The translations under genes were made by a program, and so were the position numbers. A DNA stretch of 64,000 nucleotides from Glaucostegus cemiculus (taxonomy: Eukaryota): contig CDPCPM010000026.1 of the NCBI GenBank assembly GCA_976551045.1, positions 19,344,001 through 19,408,000 of the forward strand. The letters run 5' to 3'. Positions 51,840-64,000 of this stretch are shown piece after piece (the stretch's first letter is position 1; every line of letters begins with the position of its first letter). The notes under the pieces are model-generated. The model searched no databases, was not told where the DNA came from, and worked only from the letters and a program-made list of their open reading frames with translations.

Positions 51840-52028
51840 TACACAAAGGAGCTGAAGGACATCAGCAGGTCAAGCAGCATCCACAGAGGGAAATGGACAG
51901 CCGATGTTACAGGTCGAGACCTTTTGTCGACTGTCCACTTCACTCCATAGATGCTGCCTGACATGCCGAATTCCTCCAGCTCCTCTGTGTGTTGCTCCAG
52001 ATTTCCAGCATCTGCAGTCTCTTGTGTC
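51840..52028. repeat. Palindromic Penelope-associated repeat (centre deleted); further partial copies at about 17140-17210, 46040-46110, 48835-48960, 51560-51690 and 52315-52420
   Basis: ggagctgaagga..cagcagg tcaagcagcatc...ggacag | ctgtcc...gatgctgcctgac...ttcctccagctcc form inverted arms. Confidence 0.78.
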
Positions 52029-52943
52029 ACCATTGCTGTACTTAATTATAAATGGTTTAACCTTGCCGAAACAGTAGGACACATCCATTTCAGTTGTCCC
52101 ACAAGTGTCAGATTGTGCTCTAATTGTAGTGAGACTTGAATTCCCAGCCTTCTGTGCCCTGCCAATATTTAAGGCTCAATTGTGAATAACTGACATGTGA
52201 TCAATATACTGGAAAGCAATCAAGTCCCACAAAAATTTACCATCTTAAGTCAACCCCTAAAAAAAAGTGAAGGAAAGAAAATTACTGTGTAAAACTGGGT
52301 GTGTTATTTATTACAACAAACAATCTGCTGGAGGAACTCAGCAGGTTGATCAGCATCCGTGGAGGGAAGGGAGGTGGAGGGGGGGGGGAAGGAATTGTTG
52401 ATGTTTCGTGTTGAAACCTTGTGTGCCTCCATTGTATTATTTATTTATCAGTTTAAAATGGATCTGAATATCATCTAGTATCAATTTTAGGAGAGGAATG
52501 AAAGAGAAGGAAATATCTCAGGAATCACAAAAAAACACAACGGAAGATGAGGGCCATTAGTGCTATATTTTAATAAAGATTTCATTGTCCAATTGATATT
52601 ACAATTAAATCTGTTAATTTACTTGTACAGATAACTGTATTTTTAAACAGATATCGAATCTGAATTAAATAGTTGCATCCAAAGCATTTTACCCAAATTG
52701 TTGGAAAAAACTGGCTGACTGTGTCAGACACTGCATCACCTTTGCATCCTGTTTTCATGGAAAATGACTGCAGTAAAAATGAATTGCCACATCTGATGTA
52801 ACACTCTCTGGCATATGTCTAAAACACAATATTATTCATAATCAATATTTCCTGTCATAATGACATTAATTGTATCCACCCTCTCTAGATATAGTTAAAG
52901 AAATTTCAAACTTTGATGGTTTCTAGAGCGGATGTTTGTAAGT

Positions 52944-53239
52944 AAGATGAGATTTCTTTATTAATCACGTGTATTTCAGTGTGTTTTGATGTACAGCTTT
53001 TTGCGTAGTGTTCTGGGGGCAGCCCGCAAGTGTCGCCACGCTTCTGGTGCCAACATAGCATGCCCACAACTTCCTAACCCATACGTCTTTGGAATGTGGG
53101 AGGAAACCAAAGCACCCGGAGGAAACCCATGCAGACACGGGGGGAATGTACAAACTCCTTAGAGACAGTGGCCAGATTTGAACCCGGGTCACTGGCACTG
53201 TAAAGTGTTACACTAACCACTATACTACCATGCCTGCCC
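52944..53239 (-). mobile_element. tRNA-derived V-core SINE with a Rex1-like tail
   Basis: tttgaacccgggtc B-box, V core ggaatgtgggaggaaaccaaagcacccggaggaaaccca and tail ...gtgattaataaag. Confidence 0.85.
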
Positions 53240-54934
53240 AAAGTGGCTGTTTCATTCTTCAAAGACGCTGAGTTCACATCTCCACACTCAAAGGGATAGT
53301 CAGGGTTTGCTTCCAGACTCATACATTTTACCACTTTGGCCTGCTATTTGGAAGAGCTGCTCACTGCTCTACTAAACCCTCTCTGCTTTTTTTTCCACTC
53401 TTGGTCTACTTGACCAAGAGTGAAGGACACATAGTCAATGTCCCCCGCATTGTACCATTGAGTGTTAATTCCAATGCTCACCGCTGTGCTCTCAGTTTAT
53501 TTAATCTTCTCTCTTAAATTCCAATTTTCGTTCATCTTCCAGTCCACAAGTCAAATGCTGCTCAAGTGAACACAACCTGTGGACGTGATTTTGACTTCCC
53601 AAGGCTGTAAACTTGTCAAAACAGTAGGATACATCCATTTCAGACTCCCACAAGTGTCAAAAAAGGATTAAAATAAATAACTAATTTTACATCTCTTCTA
53701 ATTTTATTTCTGTATATCGATGTTAATTCAATGAATAAATACATCATGTCAAACTGCTGTGTCACCAGGATCAATTAGGTTGTATTAGATGAACTGCAAC
53801 GGTCTTGGTGTTTCTTTCAGGTGAGTGACTCTCTACTGCAAAGTAGACATGTGAATGCAAGACAAGGAAAGGATCAGGCCTGGCTCTGATGCATACCTCT
53901 CCAAACCATGATAAGTAGATTTCCAAAACATACAGTACAGGCAGTTACATAAAGAACAGCCTCCTGGTCTAGAGAATCTCTACTGCATTTCCGCTATGGC
54001 AAGTATATCCTTTAAGGGTACCAAAACTGCACACAATGCTCCAGATGTGATCTCAACGAGGCTCTGGAGAAGGATCTCAGGAACGTGATAGAACACAAGT
54101 TGCAAAAGGGTGAGAGTTTGCAGCTGAACTAAGCCATGGGGGTAGAGGGAGTCAGGTGGTTAAGTGTTATGAGAGGATCAGACATTCAGTTTGGCTGGTA
54201 GGGGGTTGGGTGAAGGTAAAGAGAAATTGGGACCTCAAGGATCAGAAAAGTTTAATGACAGGGGAGAGAATCTTAACACCCAAGTGTGAGAAGTTTATGC
54301 ACACAGCAGACCCAAAAATTCCACGAGAACCAAGTAAAAAATAGGCAATCATGTTTAGTGATGGAAATTCCTATGTGGCCACAAAGCATTGGTCTATATA
54401 TAAAAAAGTTCAACACTGTGGTTTGATCTCACTTTGAACAAACATCAGAGAATGAGGGGTTTCACAGAGACTCAGTCCATACTCTAGTGATGTTATGCTT
54501 GTTGAATGACAATGCAGATAGCTGGGGCACTTTCCCTTTAAGGTTTAGGTTTATTTGCTAGTTTTTGCCTTCTTCTCTTGGAAGAAATAAAGCATACCAG
54601 AGCCTTGGTTCCCACACGCCATAGAACAATACAGCACAACACAGACCCTTCGGCCCACCATGTTGTGCTGACCTTTAAACCACACCTAAGACTATACTAG
54701 GCCCCAGGACTGCACTCCCCTTAAATTCTTCTGGTTCTGCTTTCCATGCTCCCTTGAAACTTACCAGGTTCATTAGAATGTTTATTATACTAGTTTAATG
54801 TATAATATCTAAGATACAGTGAATTAAAAGTGAGTTGAATTAGAATAACATCCAATAGTCTGGAACATCTGCCAGTCCGGCACTGTATTTGAGTGCATCA
54901 GATTTGTATAGTTTTGTTGGAACTCTTCCCTTAA

Positions 54935-55480
54935 TGTTATTTAACTGCAAGATTATTAATTAATGATTTCCCATTGCTAGCAACTAGATCTAAAATAGCC
55001 TGTTCCCTCACTGGTTCTTCCACACATTGATTCAGAAAACCATCTCTTGCACAATCTATGAATTTGGTTAATTTAGTTTGTCCAGTCAACGCATGGATTA
55101 AGGTTCCTAATGTACATTTATTATACACTCTTCCAATTTCCTGGCTAACACTAAGCCCTACATTTCTACTACTGTTTTGGGGCCTATATACAACTCCCAC
55201 CAACTTTCCCCTTGCTGTTTCTTAATTCCAACCAAACAGATTCATTTATTTCATTTACTGAGCAATGATTCTTTCTCTCAATGATGAACTTAACCCATCC
55301 TTTTCCATTTTCTCCTCCCTTCTAAAAGTTAAACATCCTGGGAAATTTCATTTCCAACCTTGGTTATTCTCTATCCATAATGGTTATTAGTTCATTCCCA
55401 TTTATTCCTATTCTGCCATGAATTCACCTATCTTGTTATGAAGGCCACATGCATTCAAATAAAAAGCCTTCAGTTTTATC
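54935..55480 (-). mobile_element. Decayed CR1 endonuclease fragment
   Basis: VGVVYRPQNS...DGFLNQCVEEPVREQAILDLV. Confidence 0.8.
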
Positions 55481-56323
55481 TTTGCACTAATTTTCCCTGC
55501 CCTTATCTATAATCATACTCAAATTCTCTGTCCCTTCTTGGTGAACTTTAGTTATTATTGCACATTTCACTACCCTGAACATCACCTTAGCTTGCTAGAT
55601 TACCCGACCCCCACCATTAACCAATCCCCTGCCCTTCCCCCAACAACTAGCACTGCAGGTTAACTATCCAGATGCTTTTTCCTTTCAATTTCTTTTTCTA
55701 GCTTTGAACACAAATGTGCTATCCTCCAACCTACATGTTTTCACAAACAAATGATGTGCACTCTGGTTAGATGCTGCTTACACGACTTCTTACGATACCA
55801 GAATTGCATTGTATCTAGCATGACAGGAAGGAAAGTTCTCCAACAGGAAGCCAATGCTTCAGCTGATGAAACTGTTCCAGAAAAACAAAAGCAGTAATTG
55901 AATAAAGTTACCTTCAGGGAGGATAGAACTCAACACCGTTAAAATGGTGGGTGATCAATACCAACATTAACAGTAAACCAACATCTTAAAATTTCAGAAC
56001 TGCCAATGAAAAAATTTCTAATTTATTACAAGAAAAAAACAGCTTTCATCAGTTTTCTGAACATAACCTTTTCTAGATATTGTTTTGTCACCATTTACAC
56101 AAGATTCTGATCTATTCTTTCTCCTGCTGAGAAGTGACACTGAATTGTGCCCATTGTAAATATACTTCAATGCTGTGGCAAAGATAAAGATATCTGGAAC
56201 AGCTGAGTGAAAGTGTTGGTCATCCTGGTGTACTAGCTTTCTTACAGAAGCACTTGATTTTATAAACAAACATATTAGCAATTATCAACATCTTGTATAA
56301 CCGAAGTGGTAATACACCAATTA

Positions 56324-56560
56324 AAAGATATCTTTATTAGTCACATGTACATAGAGACACACAGTGAAATGCATCTTCTGCGTAGAGTGTTCTGGTGGCA
56401 GCCAGCAAGTGTCACCACACTTCCGGCGCCAACATAGCCCAAAACTTCCTAACCCATACATCTTTGGAATGTGGGAGGAAACCAGAGCACCCAGAGGAAA
56501 CCCACACAGACATGGGGAGAACATACAAACTCCTTACAGACAGCAGCCGGAATTGAACCT
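56324..56560 (-). mobile_element. 5'-truncated copy of the SINE at 52944-53239
   Basis: High similarity across about 230 bp. Confidence 0.85.
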
Positions 56561-58334
56561 GAAAGGAACTGAAGACAAAAGGAACATTCTACAAAATTAA
56601 AAACAATAAACCAGCCTCACAATCCATATTTCTCCCTTTACAATTTTTAGTGCAATGAAAACCTTCTAATGGGAACATGCTGTTTGCAAAAAAAAAATCA
56701 TCCCTATTATCCAGCTATCCTCAGCAGTCAATAAACTAAGGACAGAAACTTTCAACAGCGCTGGTGTGTGTGAAACAGCACCATATGTTACTGCATTTAA
56801 CTTCTACTGCTGTATTCTGCCCTAAGAGTGGTCGAGCTTCCGTTGTGAGGGAATTGCTGATGTCCATAATTTTCCACAAAGTCAGTGATGCAATCTGAAC
56901 TAAGAGAAAAAGTGATCGAATGAAATAAAAGTGAACCCCCGTCTGGAATATTTTCAATAAAATAATTAGAGGTTTACAGTGAGAAGCAGCTGAAGATTTC
57001 AATCATTGACAACTTACAGTAAATAAAATTCTGTCTGTAGAAATAACTCTGAACAAGCTCAACACAATAATGTTTTCCAAAAGTCATGATCAATTATATC
57101 TGTGTTTTATATGAAGCAATTATTTTATGTAGAAGCCACTTCTACATAAATACATTTACCTAACCATTCATTACCATTTCATGGCATGGTGGCACTGTAA
57201 TTACAGAATAATGCTGAATAGTCTCCACAGAGTTCTATCATTCCAGTTTTCAAGTGTCCTCCAAGGGCTATGCTCAACTTTTCAAAGGTTGAACTGGATG
57301 TGATCAGCGCATAAATAGAAAATGAAGTTGTGTTTTTGGAATACGTTAGCAAGGGGAGGCACGTTGATGGTGGAGAATTCTTGGAGAAGGACGGAGGTGA
57401 TAGCATGAGCAGAGAAGAAGCCATTACTGGCACCTTACGGGCTATGACTGGACAAGATAAGCAACCAGAGAACATGGCCCCACCCAAATGGATAACTTCA
57501 TTACTCATTTATGAAGAGCAATGACTACAAGTAGGACAACTACTGCAACGGTGCAAAACATATTCTGCCTATGCTGATGTTAGCCCTTCACTGCAGCCAT
57601 CGAGACTAAGCCGTTGTACAGCTTTTTTAATATTATTTTTTCCAAGGATTTATCCAATTCAAATTCTTCTAATTCTTGTAATAATCATGCCCTCTGCACT
57701 ATTCTCCAACTAAAAAGATAAACTGAAACCCACTCTCAAGCTTCTATTAAAGAGCTTTTCATAAAGTGGTTACCTGTAACTCATTAACTTATCATCCAAA
57801 TAACAAAGGATGTCCTGTCAACAGTAAAGCAGACACTGAAATTCCACATACAGTGCAACAGAACCATGTCTTTACATGCCCTGTCAATTTTACACATCTC
57901 AAAATAAACATACTTGTCTTCCTTCAAAAAAGTTATTTATCAGCCTTTGACATTACAAGTAGACACTGAAGACGGTTAGGATCATCATCATTTATGAGTT
58001 CTAATCAGTGTTAGGGTAATATTAGCACTTGTGTCATTGCTAGAATATATTTCTTTCTTTCTGCTTCATTTACAGACTGATATTTCACAATTCTACAATG
58101 CTGAGACAATTACAACTCCATTCAATAAATGCAAAAATCCAATAATAAATATTACTAAGTTAGAGACCAGCAAAAGATTTATTATTGATTTTACAGAGGT
58201 CTTCAAACCATGATATACTGCTGCAAAGGATTTTCTTAGGTCAAATTTTACACTGTATGCCAAGTAACAGTAGCTGTAGCAATGCTCAAGGCAGCAAAAA
58301 ACATGACAGAAAAATTGGTAGAACTGCAAATAGC

Positions 58335-59205
58335 AAAAGTTGTCTAAGGATACAGTTGATCAGCTGAAAAGTTGGACAGAACAGTGGCAGATGGAACTTA
58401 ATCTAGACAAGTGTGAGGTAATGCACTTTGTTACATCAAATACTGGCAGGATATATTGTAAATGGCAAAAACCTTAGGAGTCTTGATGTACAGAGAGATG
58501 AGGGTGAAAGTTCATAGTTCCTTGAAAATAACAACACAGATGAACACAGCAGAAAGACAGCATTTGGTATGTTTGCCTTCATAGGTCGAAGCATTGAGTA
58601 TAAGAGCTGGAATATCACATTGCAGCTATACAAAACATAGGTTAGGCAATACCTGGAAATATTGGGTACAGTTTGTTTGCCACACTACAGAAAGGATGAG
58701 GTCATATTAGAAGGAGTGCAGAAGAGACTTGCCAGGAGGTTGCCTGGAATGGAGGGCTTTAGTCACAAGGAGAGATTAAATAAGCTGGGATCGTTCTCAC
58801 TGGCGCACAGGAGGCTGAAGGATGACCTTATGGAGCTTTGTATGATTATGAGGGAAACAAATGTCAAATAGAGTGTGGTTTCCCCAGGGTAGGTGAGTCT
58901 AAAACTAAAGGGCACAGGTTTAAAGTGAGAAGGGAAAAATTTAATGGTGATCTGAGGGGCAATATTCCCCCCCACCCCTACCCCCACAAAGTGATGGTTA
59001 TATGGAACAAGCTGCCGGTGGAGGTGAAAGAGGAAGATACAATTACAATGTTTAAAAGCCTTTTGGACAGGTACTTGGATAGGAAAGGAAGAGAGGGATA
59101 CTGCCCTAACGTAGGCAAATGGGATTTGCATAGATAGTTATCGCAGTCAGCGTGGATGAGTTGGGCCGAGGGGCCTGTTTCTGTACTCTACAGCTCTATG
59201 ACTCA
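58335..59205 (+). mobile_element. CR1 LINE 3' fragment
   Basis: PHYRKDEVILEGVQKRLARRLPGMEGFSHKERL, followed by a CR1 tail. Confidence 0.88.
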
Positions 59206-59479
59206 ATTCAATGACTTGGCATACTTGGAATTCAGAGCTTCAGACGGGGGAGATTAGGAAGGGAAGTGGAAAACCAAATGAAAATAAGGCAGCTTTGCAC
59301 TTGAATGCCTCCTTACTCTTAATCCAATTGCAGAAGGCCAGCAGGAACACGTACAGAAATAGTCTGTAGATGCTTTCACTTACTATCTCTTAAAGTCAGT
59401 TAAGTGTAAATTAGTCAAAGGGTAAAACAGCAACAGATTTGATTCAGACTAGATCTTGTATGTGCCAGGCAGATTAAAA

Positions 59480-60168
59480 TGACTTCCTTAGCATGGCTCT
59501 TTAATCTGTGCTCGACTTTGAGCGAGTCCCTCAGGATCAAGGATGGCTTACTTCCACTGAATTCTGTGAGTTCTGAGGTGACTAATGAGGCCAATATGGA
59601 AACAATATCTTTCCACAGGAGGAGGAGGTGCTGATGGTGAACAGTTTGTGAGGTGGTGCACTCCCTCCACTGTTTACACAGAGGTGCTCCCAACACATTG
59701 ACTCGACATTTTCAGCACCATCCCAAAAGCTGCTCCACTTTGAGTGGTCATAAGCCAGGAATTCCATGGAGTTGGTGGGGAAGTTGCACTCTTCCATAGA
59801 GACTTTGAGAATATTAATGAATATTTTCCTCTGTCTGCCTGGTAATCAGTTCCCGTGACAGCTCAAAATAGAGCATCTGTTTCGGGAGTCTGGTGTCGGG
59901 CATGTAAACTACGTGGCCTGCCCACAGGAGTTGACCAAGTGTAATTAGTCTCAACGGCAGGAATGTTGGCTGGGAGAGGACACAGACATTGGTTTACTTA
60001 TTCTTCCAGAGTATTTGGAGGATTTTGCAGAGTCAGTGTTGGTTGTAAGTTTCCGGTATCTTGAACCTTCAGCTATAGGTTGTCCATCTAGGAAAGCAGG
60101 GATCACTGCTCCCTGGTGAACCATAGCCTTTGTGCCAAGTTTGAGGTCCTCACCTTCAAATACCTTTT
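59480..60168 (-). mobile_element. RTE-clade LINE 3' fragment
   Basis: KKVFEGEDLKLGTKAMVHQGAVIPAFL is homologous to 24340-24420. Confidence 0.75.
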
Positions 60169-60171
60169 TAG

Positions 60172-60600
60172 TCACAGAGTCAGAGTTATACAGCATGAAA
60201 GCAGGCCTTTCAACCCAAATCGTCCATGCCAACCAAGGTGCCTTCCTGAGTTAGTCCCATTTGCCTGGATTTGGTCCATATCCCTCTAAAACTAACCTGT
60301 CCAAATGTCTTTTAAATGTTGTAATTATACCATCTATACCACTTCCTCTAGCAGCTTGTTCCATATACCCTGCATCCTCTGTGTGCAAAAACTTGCCTCT
60401 CAGGTCCCCTTTAAATCCTACCCCTCTCATCTTAAACCTATGCCCTCTAGTTTTAGACAATGGAATGCTACGCTGGGAAAAAGACTGTGACTATTCACCT
60501 TATCTCTGCCCCTCATGATTTTATATACCTCTATAAGGTACATAAGCCTCCTTCACTCCAGGAAAAACAATTCCAATTTATCCAGCCTCTCCTTATCTCA
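60172..60600 (-). mobile_element. CR1 LINE 3' end
   Basis: SKTRGHRFKMRGVGFKGDLRGKF...FKRHLD plus tail. Confidence 0.88.
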
Positions 60601-61429
60601 AGCCCTTCCATGAAGGAAAAATGGAAGACAATTTTGTATTAAGATTGCATTAAAATTTTGTTTTTCATTTTCAATACAAATTTTTTGTCAAATCTATAAC
60701 AAAGTTAATGACAATCAATTTGTCATTTTCTCTTTAGTTGGTACAATTATTGATGCCTTAAGCCCTGATTTTAGGTGATGTGGTAGTTTCAAAAGTTTTT
60801 GTTGAAAATGCATAAATATCTTAATTCCATTTTACATTATATCATCAGTACATTTTACATTCCATGCATCAGTAATAATCAAATTAATTCACTGCTGACT
60901 AGTCAATTACAGCATGTGACCACTGAAATAAATCAAACTCTAAAAAAACATGCATAATATCCAGTCAGAAAATCTGTCACTTCTGGAATGCAAACCTTTG
61001 AACACATAAATAAATCAATATAAAGCATTGTGAGCCGGATACATACCCTACCTGAATATTCAAACAGAAATAACCACTCCAACTTGCAAGCAGGCAGACA
61101 CACGCACACACATGCACGGCCATGCATTGGAAGCCCACAGAAGCCCTTCCTAAGCAGAAGTACATATTTTATTATAGATTATAAAAACTTTAAACTCAGG
61201 AAGGGTCTTTTTGTTGTATTGGAAGATTTTTGTACCTGTAAACTGTAAGCAATTTTTAAAATAATTTTTTTAATGTCCAGAACAAGTACTGACAGCCACT
61301 TGAACTGGTATTAATTCACACATCATTTCTAATCTACTTGTTATTTGAAAAACAGTTTCAAATTACTGAGGCAATACCTAGTGCTAGAAATAACTGCAGA
61401 CAAAAGGCAAGTCATTGTCATGTACTTCG

Positions 61430-61705
61430 TTAGTCATTTAACATGGAAATAGGCCCTTTGGCCCCAAGTCCACACCAACCATCAAGCATTTACATTAGTC
61501 TCATTTTTATTCTCCCCACATTCTCTTCAACTCTCCCCAGATTCTGCTATTCACCCATTTACTAGTGATACACTTATAATTGTATATATACTATGTACAG
61601 TTTGGCCAATTAACCTATGAACCAGCATGCCTTTGGAACATTGGAGGAAACAGGAGCACCTGGAGGAAATGCACACATTCACAGAGAGAACATGCAAACT
61701 TCAGA
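61430..61705 (-). mobile_element. V-SINE fragment
   Basis: ggaggaaacaggagcacctggaggaaatgcacac...gagaacatgcaaact. Confidence 0.75.
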
Positions 61706-62149
61706 TCACGATGAAAGAAAAGTCCTGTCCAAAAACACTGGAGAAAATCCTGGCAAATGATTAAACTAAGTGTGGACAAGGATGCAGAGAAGGAAGAAAA
61801 ATCATTGAGCTTTGCAAACAGTGGAATGGATCTTAGGAATATCAGCAGTCAAAGCACATTGGTCTGCAATCCCAAAAAAATACAATACAGTAAGAAATGT
61901 ATCCTTCTGACTGCTGTCAAAGGACTATGCTTACATTTGGTTTAATAAAAATGAAATATAAATATGGTTACAATATGATAAATATTTTGAAACTGTAAGT
62001 TGAATTTCAACTAAAGACAATTCAGACAACAATCCAAATGTTTCACTTACATAGCTGATGTATGAGGAGCTGTTACCCATCACAAGAATTGGTACAGGTA
62101 GCTGGAGGCTTTACAGAAAGCAGAATATGAAAATTTTACATCCCAATAT

Positions 62150-62610
62150 GTGGAAAAAAATTCTTCCTCAAACCCCCTCAGAATCTCCTACTCCTTACCT
62201 TAAACTTTTGTCTTCTGATCATAGACACTTCTGCTAAAGAATAAAAGTTTCTCACTATCTACCCTATGTATGCCCCTCATAATTCTGTACACCTCCACCA
62301 GGTCCACCCTCAGCTTGGTCTACTCCAAAGAAAACAAACCGAGCCTAGGCAACATCCAGATGAATCTCCTTTGCATCCTCTCCAATGCAATCAATAACGT
62401 GCTGATAAGAACTGCACATTGTACTCCAACTGTTTTGTATAGTTGTTTCAGGACTGCCCTGATCTTATATTGTATGCCCCAGCCAATAAAGGCAAGTGTC
62501 CCAAGTGTCTTCTGAACCACTGTATCCACCTGTGTGCTCCCTTCAGGGATTCTGGGACATGTACCCTAAGTTCCTTCTGTTCCTCACTACTTCCTAGGCT
62601 CCTACCGTAG
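62150..62610 (-). mobile_element. Decayed CR1 fragment
   Basis: GTLAFIGWGIQYK...ALERMQRRFIWMLP. Confidence 0.8.
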
Positions 62611-62639
62611 CCTGCTTCTATACAAATAAAATAAACATT

Positions 62640-62890
62640 GACCTGGCCATCACTGAAAACTCTTTTCACTTCAAAATAGACCATAGGATCTTTTACAGCC
62701 GTCCGACAGAGCAGACAATGCCTCAATTTAACTCATCTGATAGGTCATCTGAAAGGTGGCACTTACACTGTACAGCACTCCCATAGAGCTGTACTGCAGC
62801 ACCAGCCTAGATTTTTGTGTTCTCGTTACTGGAGTGCAACCTGTATTCAGAACTTTCTGATTCAGAGGCAAACTCTACCCGCTGGCCTGT
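62640..62890 (-). mobile_element. Deu-domain SINE with tRNA-derived head
   Basis: aaatagaccataggatcttttac...gcagac...acagcactccc...cagcctagattttt...ttctgattcagaggc. Confidence 0.72.
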
Positions 62891-64000
62891 GAATTGTTCT
62901 GAAACAATATGATTTGTGACAAGCATTTACTGCACTGCACTGCACTGTAAAAAGAGTCAATTTAGCCATAATAACAAAACCAGTTGGTTTTATATTTAAT
63001 ATTTTTGAGAAGGATTTACATCCACTTCATGAGGTCTGTTAAACTTGCTCACATATCACTCAACAGAAAAACAAGATTGGGGTGACCTAAGCACGCCAAC
63101 TGGATGCAGAGGTGGCATTCAATACTGGAGGGCACGCTCTGCCAGGTAAAAGCTCTCCCAAGCACACCAGTATTTCTCATAAATTACAGTTAGTTTACAC
63201 CATGTATATAAAAAAGACTCATTTTATCTTTAGAGTTTTATTATATTGGAGCATTCGCCATAGATACCAATATACCATACAGATACAAAACCCAAAACAA
63301 GAATTTTCAATATTTGTCATTCTTATATAAAATACAGGGATGCTGTTTAACTTATTTAACCGATGGCTCCATGAGCCCAATATGACAGAGTGAGAGTCCC
63401 AAATTACCGGATGATTCAGCAACAAATGGACCTGTTAATTCAACTTCTTCACACAGTCATCGGAGTCAGTAATCTTTTCCACCCAGCAAGGAGCTACTTA
63501 CACATGTGGGGAAAAGGTGGGAAAAGGCACAGGACAAGTCTAAAAAGGATGTTAGTAACATAGATCATAGTTCTTTTGTGTCAGTCACGTCAAATACTGT
63601 TTTTCTGTGAGGCCTGATTAACATAAAACACAAACTCTGAAGTTAGTAGGAAGCACATCAATATCAGCACGGAGACAGAAGTGGATTTCCCTTTGCTCAC
63701 GGCCAGCAAGGTAAAATGGGAAGTTCTCCCATTCCATCATAAGTTACCAAAATGTACAAGCACAACGCGAACGGTGGAATGAAGGGTCTCGCCACAACCA
63801 CAGATGAGCTGCCAGCATGCGCTTTAAAATAAAATTCCGTTCACGTCAGGCTTGTAATAAATATTGCTGTAGAGCTCAGAACAACCTCAGTGCCTCACAC
63901 TTTCGCAATACCCCTCAGCCAACACTCTCACCCTACTGTACCACAGCCAATCTTTACATAACAGTTTACGGCATACTTCCACATAGATGTTTATGTTCCA

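Larger units (their letters stand above)
8089..64000 (-). other. Inferred PIEZO1 intron 1 (at least 55.9 kb; exon 1 not found in window)
   Basis: Lies 5' of exon 2 on the minus strand. No sequence encoding the expected ~21-codon first exon was recognised. Confidence 0.65.

Noticed and set aside
52944-53239. tRNA gene
   Set aside because: The A/B-box-like head continues into a SINE core and tail, and no full cloverleaf forms.
57179-57524. Opposed 109-aa and 64-aa ORFs as a possible nested gene
   Set aside because: No recognisable domain and no convincing splice-site pair.
63701-63740. Minus-strand ATG-started mini-exon MMEWENFPFYLAG followed by GTGAGC, phase-compatible with exon 2
   Set aside because: It does not resemble the conserved ~21-codon PIEZO exon 1, the donor context is mediocre, and such matches are expected by chance in 56 kb. 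Only spliced reads could rescue it.

Overview
Eukaryotic, AT-rich, repeat-dense vertebrate DNA. The repeat families (V-SINEs, Deu-domain SINEs, CR1, Rex1/Babar, RTE, Penelope-derived hairpins) point to a cartilaginous fish, probably a ray or sawfish; this is an inference. I found only one host coding exon: a 96-bp minus-strand exon at 7993-8088 (ACLFRYNALSLIYLLYLLLLPLFFGPNEHTVRG) that matches PIEZO exon 2, most like PIEZO1. It is absent from the ORF track. The rest of the window therefore appears to be intron 1 (8089 to beyond 64000) and intron 2 (1-7992). The introns hold a complete but decayed 4.25-kb Gypsy LTR retrotransposon with CsRn1-like features: tRNA-Trp PBS, 4-bp TSD, and a GGGAAAC plus hairpin -1 frameshift signal. 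They also hold an 825-bp solo LTR, many LINE and SINE fragments, about ten Penelope-type palindromic repeats with degenerate hammerhead-ribozyme cores, and a motif-dense candidate enhancer. Nearly all ORF-track entries are transposon fragments or spurious. I see no convincing wholly new biological system; the best leads are listed as findings. Boundaries of decayed repeats are approximate (tens of bp), and family names come from recalled consensus features, not a database search.
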